From positions 806,001-870,000 of the forward strand of contig OZ218960.1 in NCBI GenBank assembly GCA_965112735.1: a DNA stretch of 64,000 bases, written 5' to 3'. Below, in pieces: positions 28,744-41,679 of the stretch. The position numbers and the translations under genes were made by a program. Each line of letters starts with the position of its first letter. The first letter of the stretch is position 1. The DNA is from Phaeosaccion multiseriatum (Eukaryota > Protista > Ochrophyta, other classes). The notes under the pieces are model-generated. The model had not been told where the DNA came from and searched no databases. It worked only from the letters and a program-made list of their open reading frames with translations.

Positions 28744-30932
28744 TAGCAGCATCACTTTCATCACTATCAAAGCGGCGCTGTAGGCAGACGTGGGGGCTGG
28801 GCAGCAGCATGCACAGCATCGGCAGCAGTGGAGAAGGAGAGCAAGCCACGGCAGGGACAGTGGAGGAGGTCGAGCAAGCGAAGGAGGGGTTGATGCAGGG
28901 AATTGAGTACTCGCCTCCCCTCGAAGTCACAACAGAGGGAGTAAAGACGCAGGAGGAGAGGGGCGGCAAGAAGGAGGGGTGGCAGGTGCAACAGAAGAAG
29001 GATGACAAGAAGAAGGCACCCAAGAGCGCCCTCTCTTCTCTCAGGGAGATGAGGGACTCGTGGCCAGAGCCAGACACGAGCAGCTATGCCGCTTACGTGG
29101 GGCCAGCGGGGCGAAGGGAGGAGAAGAAGACGAAGGATGGGAATGAGGAGGAAGGGGCGGAGGGAGAAGAAGGAGCAGAGACGCAGCGAAGCGGACAGCA
29201 GGGCACTGCGCGCGAAGGAGGGGTGGGGAGAGCGGGGAGGGGGCGGGGTAGAGAGGGCGGAGGGGCGCGGAAGGGGAGCGCTCTGCAGCAGCTTGAGGCT
29301 AAGACGCCGAACCCCAACCCACGGGACATTAGTATCTACCACGGCAAGATCCACAGGCTGGGCAAGGAGGGGCAGTCAGAGCGGATACGCGAGGTGTTTG
29401 AGGAGATGAGCGGGTACGGTGTCGAGCCGGACTATGTTTGCTATACGACCGCACTCAAGGCGACGTGGCGGGGGTCTTCACCGGAGGATGCGGTGTGGTT
29501 GCTGTGGGCCATGCATGAGAGGGGCTTCGAGCCAGACCTGAGTTGGCTCAACTCTGCACTCGCCTCTCTGTGTAAAGGGGGCGAGTGGGAGAGGGCCCTG
29601 GAGCTTTTGAGGGGTGTGCAGGGACTGGGGCTGGTGCCCACGGTGAAGGATTTCAACACTGTGATGCAGGCATGTGGGCAGGCAGGGGCGCTGGACAAGG
29701 CTGTTGACTTGCTTCGTGAGATGGAAGCGTGGGGGGTGTGGCCGGACCAAAAGACGTACATCAGCGTCATGGTCGCTTGTGCCAAGGCCGGGGAGTATGA
29801 GAAGGAGGTGGCCTTTCTGAGCACCATGGCCAACGCTGCATTGGAGCCACCCATGAGTCGATTGAGCAACTCTATACGCTGGTGCAGCACGGCAGGGGAG
29901 TATGAGAGGGCGTTGCGGCTGCTCCGACAGGCGCAGAAGCAAGGCTTGCGGCTCACGGTGGCCAACTACAATGCTGCGTTGAGCGCTAGCGGGCAAGCGG
30001 GCTGGCACGAGCAGGCGCTGGACTTGTTGCATGAGATGAAGAAGCTCGGCAGCAGTAGCAGCGACGAGGCCTCTCAGGCTTCTCTGGCACCGACAGCTCG
30101 ATCCTACAACACCGTCATTGGTGCTCTCAAGGCAGCGGACGGACAGGAGCAAGTGGCAGAGTCGCTGCTGGCGGAGATGAAGGAATTGGGTCTGCAGCCC
30201 AACTTGCTCAACAGCAATGGGGCTGGAGCCGGTAGCACGGATGGAAACGGTAGTGGGGCTTGTGGCGGTGGCGGTGGTGATGGTGGGGGTGGTACAGCGG
30301 GTGGCGGTTACGAGGAGGTACTGCGACGCCTCAGGGAGGAGTGGAAGGAGAGGGCCTCGGCAGGACTGCCCCCACCCTCCGCCATGGATTACAACGTGGC
30401 CATCATCGCTTGCGGCAAGGCCGGCCAGCACGAGCAAGCAGTGGCACTCCTCCGGGAGATGGCAGTCGATGGCAACGGCACCGGTGTGGCGCCCACGGGG
30501 GTGAACTATCGAGCGGCCATGCAAGCGTGTGCCGATGGGGGTGACACTGAGACTGTGCTGACCCTCCTGAAGGAGATGCAGGAGGAGGAGAGAGGCCTTG
30601 CCCCCACGGCAGCGCATTACAGCTTGGCCGTGGGTGCGTGCGCGGCCGCGGGGTGGTACGAGAGGGCGCTGGTCTTGCTTCGGGAGCTTCAGGAGAGAGG
30701 GATGGACGTGACTGTGCTCACCGTTGACGCGTTGCTTGGCGCGAGTACAAAGGCCGGGGAGGCGGAATGGACGCGGCGCTTTGTTCGGGAGCTGAGGGGG
30801 GACGAGGAGGATGGGGAGGAGGGGGAGAAGAAGGAGGAGGAGGGGGGAGATAAGACGAAGAAGCGGAGAAGGAAGCTGTGGCCAGACGCAGCCAAGGCCC
30901 TGGCGGTGTACGCAGCCAAGGAGGGCATGTAG
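28308..30932 (+). CDS. Pentatricopeptide-repeat (PPR) protein, probably plastid-targeted, intronless
   Basis: Signal-peptide-like N-terminus; repeated ~35-aa units such as PTVKDFNTVMQACGQAGALDKAVDLLREMEAWGV and PSAMDYNVAIIACGKAGQHEQAVALLREM. Confidence 0.93.
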
Positions 30933-31542
30933 CGAGGAAGGGAAGGAACGGATGGCAGCGGAAGAGGGAAGAGAGGGAGGGGAGGAGGAGACTCTTGGCA
31001 AGGATGGGCACAGAAGAGGGGAGGGAGGGGGGAGGGGGTATTGCACTATTCGATCGATGCTACTGTTGTGTTTTTTCACCCCCCTCGTTATCCTCATACT
31101 AGACTCCACGCTTTCTCGACCCCTGACGTGGTACCGAGCGATTCTCGGTAGCAGGTAGCAGTTAGCTCAGTGGCAGCTAATGGTTGGTCGGCCGGGTAGC
31201 AGGTAAAGGCCGGCTGCTTATTGATTTTTAATAGGAATCACCTAAGAAACCGAAAGGGAGAAAGGATGGGAGGGAAATTATGACGCTATCTGTGAGCCGC
31301 CTGTATCACCACTTGGGGGAACCGTGTCCAATTCGCCCTCCCTTCGGCACATATACACATACGTGGGATTTTGAGGGAGGGTGAACAAAGCAATGATGAT
31401 CGTCCGGATAGGAGGTAACACATGACTGGGACGCGCACAGCAGTAGCAGCAATAGTGGAGAAAAGGGGATAGAGGCCCGGGGGAGAACGAGGTGGTATTT
31501 GAAGAAAGAAAGGGCGGTTTTTGGGGGCAGAACAAAGCGAAG

Positions 31543-32631
31543 ATGAAGTTCCTCGAGGAGGCAAAGCTTGCCCACCTCACTAGCATTCTCACGGGAATGG
31601 AGATTGGGGAGAGAATACTCAACGGCAGGATCGAGGCATTTTCATGTGAGTCAAGAAACGGCACGAACAAACGCCCGCAAACGGCGGAGGGGCTTCACAA
31701 ACACCGTTTTGTCCACGCCACAATCAGCCGCGAGGCCAGCTCTCCTGCCCCCCCCCCCTTTCCCTCCCGCAACAGGGAACAGGGGATGCTTAACACTGTC
31801 TTGCCCACACCCCCTCCTGATTTCTTTCTTTCCCCCTTTGGCTCCGTTTTACCCCCCCCCTCCCGCAACTGCCTGTCAACAGGCAAAAAGGCAGGCGATG
31901 ATAAGAAAGTATCAAAGCTCTTGGACCAGCACATGAAGGACTTATCGGCTTCCCCCCACTCCTCCAGCGGCAGTCCCAACTTTGGCCCTTTGGCGGACAG
32001 CGGCGTGCGACGGGTGCTGATAGACCTCATCTGCACGATGAATGCCTGCTTTCCAGACTACGACTTTGGGAACGTCACCCCAGATCACTTTGCCAAGGAG
32101 ATGAACATCAGCCTCGTCCTCAATCGGGTCAATACTCACCTCGCTGAGTTGGCAGAGGCTCGGAGGAGTGGTTTTCTGAATGAGGTGTGGTCGGCCATCG
32201 AGGAGTCTGTGAGCGTGAAGGACTGCGCCGTCTTTTCGTACGAGCCGGACCTGGAGGGGGACCCCTTCTCGGACGGCTGCTTGTGGAGCTTCAACTACTT
32301 CTTCTTCAACAAGAATCTGAAGAAGCTCTTGTTTTTTCACTGCACAGCCAAGAGCAAGTACCACGTTATGGAGGAAGAGGAGGGAGGAGAGGAGGGGGAG
32401 GAAAGAGGCATGGAGGAGGACGACGGCCAGAGGGGAGATGACGAGTCTGACGGCGAGGGCTGGGGAGAGAGAGGAGGAGTCCGGGGTCGAGGAGGGCATG
32501 GGCAAGCAGGTGGAGCAGGGCGAGGAGGAGGCTTTGCAGATGGAGGGGGGCGAGGAAGGGGTGGGGGAGGAGATCACAGCCACTCAGATGACATGATGTT
32601 TGGTCACGACGAGTGGATGGCATGTTCATGA
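31543..32631 (+). CDS. MAF1: Repressor of RNA polymerase III transcription Maf1; exons 31543-31645, 31883-32631
   Basis: MKFLE...GRIEAFSCK, GPL....RRVLIDLICTMNACFPDYDF, VFSYEP...DPF...LWSFNYFFFNKNLKKLLFF, acidic tail. Confidence 0.95.
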   Translation: MKFLEEAKLAHLTSILTGMEIGERILNGRIEAFSCESRNGTNKRPQTAEGLHKHRFVHATISREASSPAPPPFPSRNREQGMLNTVLPTPPPDFFLSPFGSVLPPPSRNCLSTGKKAGDDKKVSKLLDQHMKDLSASPHSSSGSPNFGPLADSGVRRVLIDLICTMNACFPDYDFGNVTPDHFAKEMNISLVLNRVNTHLAELAEARRSGFLNEVWSAIEESVSVKDCAVFSYEPDLEGDPFSDGCLWSFNYFFFNKNLKKLLFFHCTAKSKYHVMEEEEGGEEGEERGMEEDDGQRGDDESDGEGWGERGGVRGRGGHGQAGGAGRGGGFADGGGRGRGGGGDHSHSDDMMFGHDEWMACS

Positions 32632-33895
32632 CTTGTGACAGAACTGCTCACATCATGACTGGTGATGGAGTGAGGGCGCTGCTCATATGGGACGGATGAC
32701 CGGAGGGCGGTCGTGACAGTTGACCCCAGTCCTCCCTCCCACCGATCTCGTGGATACAGGAGCACAGCCGCTACACGGCACACTGTACGCACACACACCC
32801 ACACACACACAAGCAGAGAGAGAGATAGAGAGGGGGAGGGAGGGAGGGAGGGAGGGAGGGAGGGAGGGAGGGAGGGAGGGAGGGAGGAAAAGGCATGTAT
32901 TGTTTTTCCATGACCCGCGTCAGCCACGCGAGGTCTCCGATACATACGTATGGTATCTTGCTCGTGGAGCGAGGCCAAACAGCAAGCATGTGCATGTAAA
33001 CATAGAAACAAACATGATGTAGTTAGAGGTTGGGGTGTTGGGGTGTATGTTCAGGTACAGGGCTAGGTAGGCATGTTGGTAAGTGTTATAGTTGGTTATA
33101 TCAGATATTGTATTACATACGCGTGAGTAGGTAGGAAGGGAGGTAGGGTAGGGTAGGTACAATGTAGGTTAGTTACTTTGAATGCTGTACGATAAGAGTA
33201 GTCCCTGACCTAACAGACACCTAATCCTTTAGGCTTAAAATCAGTGAGACTAATGTTACCAAACACTCCGGCGGCCTTGCTGCACTCCCCTTGCCAACCG
33301 CTATCCGGGACGCGAAACAGAAACTGCTCGACTCGGCGGATGTCGGCGTTTGGGGGGGGGGGAGGGGGGCTAGGCCCAAATGATAGCAGACAGACACCTA
33401 TATGTATTCAATTTGCTAGGTTTTCACGTGATGAAAGCCATAGAAGTGAACTTGATGAGCATCGTGGCAGTGGTGAGTGAAGGGGTTCAGTTTCACACCC
33501 ACCGCGAGGAATGCCCCATTTTTTTTCTTCTTTCCCTTGCTTATTACTTACTTCGTAACATGTCTTTTATATTACAATAGAGTTTTAGTATTTCTTATTA
33601 TTACAATAGAGTTCTCCAAGATAGGAAGGAAGGGGGGCGGCGGGTTTTTTTTTTTGTACCATACGTTTTATTTCCCATCAAACAACCGGTATATACACGT
33701 GGAGTGATGACAACTCTTTGTATGCGACGACGCGACACTGTCTCGCTGTCTTGCGTGCTAGCCTTCCTCGGTGAACCTCCACAGCCCTGACCCTTTGGAG
33801 CTGACCCTTCTGTCTATTCTGACCCTTAAATTAGTATATCGTACTACGATAGACTTTATTTGTTACTCCTTCCTTCCTTACCCCCACATCACTTA

Positions 33896-33953
<58 letters not shown>
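33896..33953. repeat. (TAA)n microsatellite in an AT-rich convergent intergenic region
   Basis: Visible directly. Confidence 0.95.
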
Positions 33954-34148
33954 TTTATTTGTAAAGCCCAACGGTCCGCACGCACGCACGCACGGTGTAA
34001 CATCTATAGCCTTCCCTCACGTGCTGCTGCTCCCACAGTCCACGATGTGTCATTTAATTTAAAAAAAAAACTAACTTCTAATATTAAATTAAGGAAAATG
34101 CAATGCAAATCACGCACGCACGCACGGAGGAGCATCTGTAGCCCTCCC

Positions 34149-36312
34149 TCACGTGCTGCTCCCACAGTCATTAAAGTGTGCAAAACCACAATAGCGGCAA
34201 AATCCAGACGCGCGACTCGCTTCTGTATCGATACAGCCCAGGCCAGATGGGCACGTCGGGTGGACCTCGCACGTCTGGCCATTCACGCCACAGGCCGCCA
34301 CCCCATCACACGAAGGAGTCGAGGAAGGGGGGGGGGCGTCGAAGTCGTCGCCACTGCTACTGCTACTAGGGACGACGGGAGGAGTGTCGTTAGTACCACC
34401 ACTGCTGTTGTCGGGGGAAGGGCTGGCAGTGTCGATCTTGCAGTCCGCATAAATTCCAAAATTGCAGTACCTGCAACTCGTCAGCCCTCCGCCGATGCAG
34501 CCTCGGCGGTCGTGCATGCTAGAGAGGCACTCGGGGTCCTCCTCGCAGAACTGTTCGCCAACAAAGCAGGCTGCCACTCCAGCACAGGGGGATGGTCGGG
34601 GAGGAGTAGCGTCTGGTGCGATTACGTGGGGAGGAGTAGTTGGGGTGGAGATGGGGGGAGAAGTAGGGGGAGAAGTAGGGGGAGGAGTAGGGGGAGGAGG
34701 GTCTGCGGCTGGTACTGGAGTGAAGGTGGGGGGAGGAGTAGGAGCTACTGGGATGGGCGTAGGAGGAGCAGAAGGGGTGGTGGTGGTGGGGGGAGCAGTA
34801 GGCGCGGGGATCGGTGGAGCCGGAAACTCGTTGTCGGGCACTTGTGTAGCGTCCGGTGTTGAGGGGGAGGAGCCCCCCCACAGCTCATCTGTGTCGCCCG
34901 GACAGAAGATAATCTCGTAGTCCAAGTCGTTGACGCCTCCATTGGCCTTCATTCGGGAGCACACGAAGCTTGAGGTGGGGTCGTCGTAGGCGAAGGTGTA
35001 GGCAGTGGGGCAGCCGTCCTTGAGGAACTTGGCCAGAGGAAGTCCCCACGTCTCCCAGTACGGGTTTGTGTTGACGCATTCGGTGGCAGAGGCCATATTC
35101 TGACCGGGGTAGATTCGCTGCCAATCGGGGCAGCCGCACACAGTCGTACCGGCTCCTGGTGTGTATCCAGACTGTACGTACGGGGTGGTAGTGTCGCAGC
35201 CGTAGAGATCTGCGTTGTTGGTCGTGGGCGCACCCTGGCCCGTCGGCTCAAAGCACTGGAAGGGATTGTCGTCGTTGAGGTAATAGGCGGGGGCGCCGAT
35301 TCCCTCACTACGAGGGCACACCGACACGGCAGACAACCAGCCCAGAGGAGTGCCGCACACGTTGGGCTCCGAATAGACGCTTCCCGTTATAATTCGCCTT
35401 CCGCAACGCTCGCTCCCTAGGCAGTCACCGTCAGACGTACACTTCGCCAAGGGGGCACGTGGCTGCACCCAGAGGAGCTCAGTGGCGTAGGAGACCGGAG
35501 CGTCGGCGAACCTCCCTACATCAAGAAGGGCTGTAAATTCCCACGTGCATCGGGTCAGGCGAGAGGGGTCGATGGGGTCTCCTCCCGGGTTCCCGCACCA
35601 GAACGGGTCGCCAGGCCTTTGGTCCACGCTCTGGCCTCGAAAGGGGCGCATCTCCATCGGAAGGTTGATGCCGTCAATGACGGTGATATCGTAAAAGTCA
35701 TTCGTTGGGGTGAGCGTCATCTCCGCTCTCGTGACAGGGCCTGCGATGATATAAAGGGAGAGGAGAGAGTTGAGAGGAGAGAGTTGTGGGGGGTGAGAGG
35801 GAGACAGCGACTAGGAATAAAGTAGTGGAGAGAGAGGCAAAGAGTTGAGCCTGTCCGACACGTAGTGGGTTGCCCGCCCCCTACTCTGGGTCTCCATTGG
35901 CAAACAAGATTCACTATTACACTAATCGTCCCAGCTACACACCTCGAGGCCCTGCGTTGCTCGTGCAAGGTGCCCCATTGCTGCATGCTCCCGTAATGCA
36001 GACTGCGCCGGTGCTGCTGCACTGATGGCCGGCCCAGATATCCCCGTTCCAATCGAAGGCTCCGGGCTGCTCCGCCGTACCGAACTCCACCACCTTCGTC
36101 TCCTCCGGCAGAAGCATTTGCCCGTTGAGATCTTCACCGTCGAAGCTGAGACTACGTCCAGCCCCACCGGTTGTATACCCAAGCCTCACCGCTTGGGTAC
36201 ATTGATTCGTGAAGTGAAAGCTGCGGCCCGAGACCCCCTTCGGCAGCAGCAGCAGAGGCAGCAGCAGCAGCAGCGGGCTCGAGCGCGCTACACCAGGCAT
36301 CATCGAACGCAT
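34149..36312 (-). CDS. Secreted thaumatin-like (PR-5 family) protein with Pro/Thr linker and two C-terminal Cys-rich modules; exons 35943-36312, 34149-35740
   Basis: Signal peptide; FHFTNQC, WNGDIWA, PVTRAEMTL...DFYDITVIDGINLPM, FLKDGCPTAYTFAYDDPTSSFVC, YEIIFCP are thaumatin signatures. Confidence 0.92.
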
Positions 36313-36683
36313 TTGTGATACTGTCTCTCTCCCCTCCTCGCCTTATATTATGCTCAACAGCTGGATGCATCTCGTCGGTAGATCTATCTCCTAGGGGGGC
36401 TGTGAGAGGGAGGGACAAGCAGGGAATGACCCGTACGACACTCTTGCGGCTGCTGGGGGTGTCTTATTCCCGCGCAGTTGGAGCAGAGGGACGGGGGGGT
36501 CGATCGTTGTTCCTCTCAATTTTACTCTTAGGCATTTTTCCCGCTCACTATTGGCGTCTCGCCGTGTGCACCAGGGTCCTTCTGTAGACTCTTCTCTACG
36601 ACCACACGCCATCTTGCCGTGTGCACCAGAGCGGCACGTCTTCTCATGCTGGTCCTCCTCCTACAGCAAGCAGCTGCGCTGAT

Positions 36684-36820
36684 CTACAAGTGCTGGTTTC
36701 CAAGGCGAGGCACCCATTTCTTCACTTTTGCCTTTTTCATGAGACTCTTCTCCGCCGTGCCCCTCCTCCTCTTCTCCCCTCCCCCTTCACTACCAGCAGA
36801 ACCACCACCACCACCACCAC

Positions 36821-36855
<35 letters not shown>

Positions 36856-37540
36856 GTAACAGCGACGGCCCCATCCGTCTCAGTGTCTTCCACGTGTGTG
36901 GCAGTGAGGATGAAGCCTGTCGACCCCGGCATGTTCATCTGTGGGTGCGTGCGCCCTGGGAGGACTTGGTATTCTCGGTACCTTTGTGGGTAGGTAGTTA
37001 GGTAGATTGCAAGAGAGCAGACAAGAAAGAAAGAGGGGGTGAGGGGGGGGGAGCAGGGGAGGGGAGAAACCAAGGCATTCAGGATTGTGAGTTGGAATCC
37101 TCTAGGGGAAGACGTCGAATAAACTGAAACTGAAACTGAAACTGAAACCTCCATCTCCCTCCTCTTGAATCTTACTCTCACCATGTGTTGGCTATCCGAA
37201 TGGCACAGGCTTTCCGGCTGTCCTGCAGGAAGCGGTAGCACTTGACCAAGGGCTCCACGAACTCGCAAAAGATGACAATGGGGCCGCTGAGCACGAGAAA
37301 CGGCAGCAGCAGCTTGAGCACTGGGAGCGGCTCAAAAGAGCTGAAGATGAGGAGGGAGTCGGACAGACAGACAGAGAGAGAGATGGTCAGTGAGTCACGC
37401 AGACAGGCAGGCAGGCAGGCAGACAGGCAGGCAGGCAGGCAGGCAGGTAGGTAGGCAGGCAGACAGGCAGGTAGGTGGCAGGGGTAGACGGACAGAGACA
37501 GAGAGAAATAGTAGATCAATGGATAGACAGAGAGAGACGC

Positions 37541-37598
<58 letters not shown>

Positions 37599-37824
37599 CT
37601 GCAGATGATGAGGGAGTCAGACTTTTGGTGCAGCCACACCCGCTTCTGGAGGGCCGTGGGGCGGAGGCGGACGCTGTGAGATTATTAAACGAGAGAGATC
37701 GTTACACAGACAGACAGAGAGTCAGGCAGACAGACAGACAGACAGACAGACAGACAGGCAGACAGACAGGCAGACAGACACATCGACACACAGACACACA
37801 GACAGATAGACAAACAGACAGGCG

Positions 37825-37876
<52 letters not shown>

Positions 37877-40134
37877 GGCAGACAGGACAGGCACCGGCAC
37901 AGGCACAGGACAGAGCAGGGCAGCGCACCAGGCGAGGGGGGCGGAAAGGAAGGAAGGAAGGAAGGAAGGAAGGGAGGGGGGGGGGGCTACTTTAGTGTAT
38001 AGAAAGCAGTCTATAAGGAAGAGTGGCAGAGCCAGCACTGCCCTCATCGACACTTGCTACGATATTCACGACGAGAGCCGAGCAGAGCAGAGCATCGTGG
38101 TCTTCACGACGGGGGTGTCAGGACACACATCAGGGGTGTCAGAACAAACATGAGGTGTCGGGACGCACACAGGACAAAAGGTGACAATACCGACGCACCG
38201 CTTGAGTCTCTCGTGCTTCTTCTTCAGGAGCCTGTCCACCACGCGCGGATCCGTCGTACCCTGCTTCTTCAGATAGTCTCGGTACTCCTGATGGGTGGGT
38301 GTCAGGACAGTGGGTGGGTATCAGGACAGTGGTGGGTGTCAGGACAGTGAGTGGGTGATGAGACAGTGAGTGGGTGGTGAGACAGGTGAGTGTTCAGGAC
38401 AGTGGGTGGAGTGGGTGCGTGGAGTTGGGAGTGGGTGGGTGGATGGGTGGGGTGTGTGTGTGAGTGGGTGGGGCGTATGTATATGTGGGGTGTGTGGGTA
38501 GCTACTAGGCCGCCGATGTGCCCCTCTTGCCCTTCTCATTCTTCCCTCCTTCCTCCTCCCACCACCCACCCACCCACCCAACCCACTCACCTCTTCCTGC
38601 TCGCTGTCGGTGACGGACAGCTGATCCATGATGGACTTATCCTCCTCGGTGGGAGTGAAGGGGTCCTCCTTGCACACTTCACTGAAATGTATCGGACAGA
38701 GCATACTGCATCAACACAAAACACACACGCATACACACACGCACACGCCCACGCACACACACACATACAGGAAAGGACACACATTATTCAGATGAGTGCA
38801 TACGCTGGTACTGAACCATCACTGCACGGCACTGCACGCTATACCTGGTCTTGTCTGCGTCGGGTAGGTTAGACTGCTCCATCGCCGCCGGAGCCACCAG
38901 CTGAGCCCCGTCGAACACCGACAAGACTCGACCACGCTGGGCCGCCAGAGGACCCAGCGCTGCTGCACGGCCCGCTCCTGCGAGGGTGCAAGCGTGAGTG
39001 AGTAAGTGTGTGCGTGCGTATGTGTGGTATGAATCCCAGTGGGTTGTGGGGAAGAAGGGGGCAATGTGTGTGAGTCTGAACGCTCGATCGAAAGCGTCAG
39101 ATAGAAATGACCGACCTTCTCCTCCTCCACCCCCTCCTACTCCTCCTACTCCTCGTACTCCTCAACCACCCCCTCCTCCTCCTCCTCCTCCTCCTTCTCC
39201 TCCTCCTCCTCCTCCTCCTCCTCCTCCTCCTCCTCCTCCTCCTCCTCCTCCTCCTCCTCCTCCTCCTCTTACCCAGTCTCTCAAGCACCGCTGCTGTGAC
39301 AAGCCCTAGGGTGGAGTCCACCATGAGCACCTGAGTAGAGCCAAAAAGAACAACAACAAACAACAGACGTCCAGCAATGACAAATATGACCAAGAAGGAC
39401 CAAAGAAGGACGAAAAGAAGGAGCAAGGTATGTATAAAATAAAAACAGGGGTCCAAGTATGGCCAAGTTTGAGCAAGGGGGACCAAAGACGGACCAAAGA
39501 ACGTAGGTTTTGGGCAGCGAAGGGTCAAATATCCCTGCGGTAGGGTCAAGTATGAGACCACGCAAGGTGTGCCTCCCTTTCGCTCCTGCCTCACCCGCGA
39601 GGTCCACTGCACATTGGCGTAGGACAGGATCAGGGCCATAGTGTCCACATTCAAGCACCTAGGCAGGTACAGGGGTTGATGATACAGTAGTAGCAGCAGC
39701 AGTTGTTGATACAACAACAGCAGTAGCAGCAGGAGGAGGATGAAAATGAGAGCGGCACGCAAGGTGGTGCATGCCTGTATGCCTCCACGATGAGGTGATG
39801 TGACGTACTCCTTGCCGCTGCGTCCTTCCCTCCCGCTCCGTGCCAATTCCTCTCCCTCCCTCGCTCCCTCTCCTCCCTCCCTCGCCCACTCACATTACTC
39901 TCGCCTGGTGCTTGCTGAAGTACATCGCACAGAGATTCTCAGCGGTGATGCGCGAAATGCGGATGCGGGGACAGTACTTCTTCTCCATTCGCTTCATCCA
40001 TTTCTGCCCCGAATTGAACGAGAAAGGAACAGAGAGAGGAGAGACAGAGAGAGAGCAGCAGACGATTCACACCAGAGGAGAGAGATAGCGAGAAAGGACC
40101 ACAGGGGAGGAGGAGAGGAAAGGAAAGGAAAAGC

Positions 40135-40165
<31 letters not shown>

Positions 40166-40510
40166 AGAGAGAGAGAGAGCAGAATGCAAGGAGGTCGACG
40201 CTCGAAAAAAGAACGCAACAGATGCGACTCCCCCCCCCCGCCCCCCCTCACTCACTAAGAAGGAATTCGATAGCTATATTTCGATCAATGGTGTCGGGGA
40301 CGTGTGAACTGAAATGAAAGTGCAAGTGGACAATGAAACTCACTGCAATGCATGCCCCTACCTGTTGGCTGAAGACGGTCTTGCTGTCCCACGTGCTGCT
40401 GCCCTTCTTCAGCTTCTCAATGATGTCTGCGCCAGGCACGCCGGCCTGCACCATTTTGAGGATCTCTGCTTGAGACACCTGAGCCGGCGCACACAAACAC
40501 ACAGAGAGAG

Positions 40511-40542
<32 letters not shown>

Positions 40543-41637
40543 CACACGCGAACACACACGCACACAGAGAGACATACACGCGCCCACACACATGTACCCA
40601 CATACACGCACACATAGAGAGAACGAGGGAGAGAGAAGTTAGAGGGAGAAAGAGAGAGAGCGAGCACGCCATAGCCTGTACCCACAGTTATTCACAGGGC
40701 GGGCATCAGAGCCCCCCCCCCCCCCCTGCCTATCCACATACAGACAACACCCTCTCCATATACAAACAACAGGAGACGCCTGAAAAAGAGAGGCTCTTTC
40801 GTAACAACAAAAGACAACCACAAAAAAAAAAACCCCAACCAAGAAGAGTGCTTTGATCTCTACTTCCTTCTCCTTTCTTTTCCCCTCTCCTCACCGACTG
40901 AGCGTTGTTTTATCTCTACTTCCTTCTCCTTTCTTTTCCCCTCTCCTCACCGACTGGGCGTTGTTGTCATCGTTGAGATCTCTGTTGTCTGCCTTGCTGC
41001 CCGACCCACCCCCGCTGTTACCATCATACGTGGGACTGTCAGAGCCGTTCTCGACTGCAGCACCTAATGAGGAGGGAGGGAGGGAGGGAGGGAGGGAGGG
41101 GGAGGAGATGGAGGCATATGGGAAGAGGAGGGGAGGGCATGCAGATACATACTTGAGACGAGACGAATCACTGTACTCATCTCCCGAGCTGAGTGACGGC
41201 TCTCGAGAAGGGAGAAAGCACACAACACTTATCGAGTGAGTGGGTGAGTCGGTGGGTGAGTGAGTGAGTGAGGGAGCGAGTGGGTGAGTGAGGGGGGGGG
41301 ATTGAGTGATTGATGAGTGAGTGGGTGAGTGAGTGGTGGGTGAGTGGGTGAGTGGGTGAGTGAGTGAGTGAGTGAGTGGATGAGTGAGGGATTGGGTGAG
41401 TGAGTGAGAGAGTGAGTGAATGAGTGAGTGGGTGAATGAGTGAGTGAGTGGGCGAGTGGGTGGGTGGGGGAGTGAGCGAGTGAATGAGCGAGTGAGTGAG
41501 TGACGTGTACGAAAGAAGTCATGCGACGCTCATATACATGACGTGATATGTCATGCAATACATAGGAGGCGCGACAGTGATTCGTTGGTGTCTATCTACA
41601 GTCTATCTATCTATCTATCTATCTGTCTATCTATCTG

Positions 41638-41679
<42 letters not shown>

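Noticed and set aside
33000-33720. AT-rich segment with short ORFs and TAGGG repeats as a TE or telomere relic
   Set aside because: No recognisable domain, terminal repeat or sustained telomeric array
37121-37148. Recurrent AAACTG hexamers (also near 25.1k and 50.3k)
   Set aside because: Short simple repeats, unremarkable in a microsatellite-rich genome
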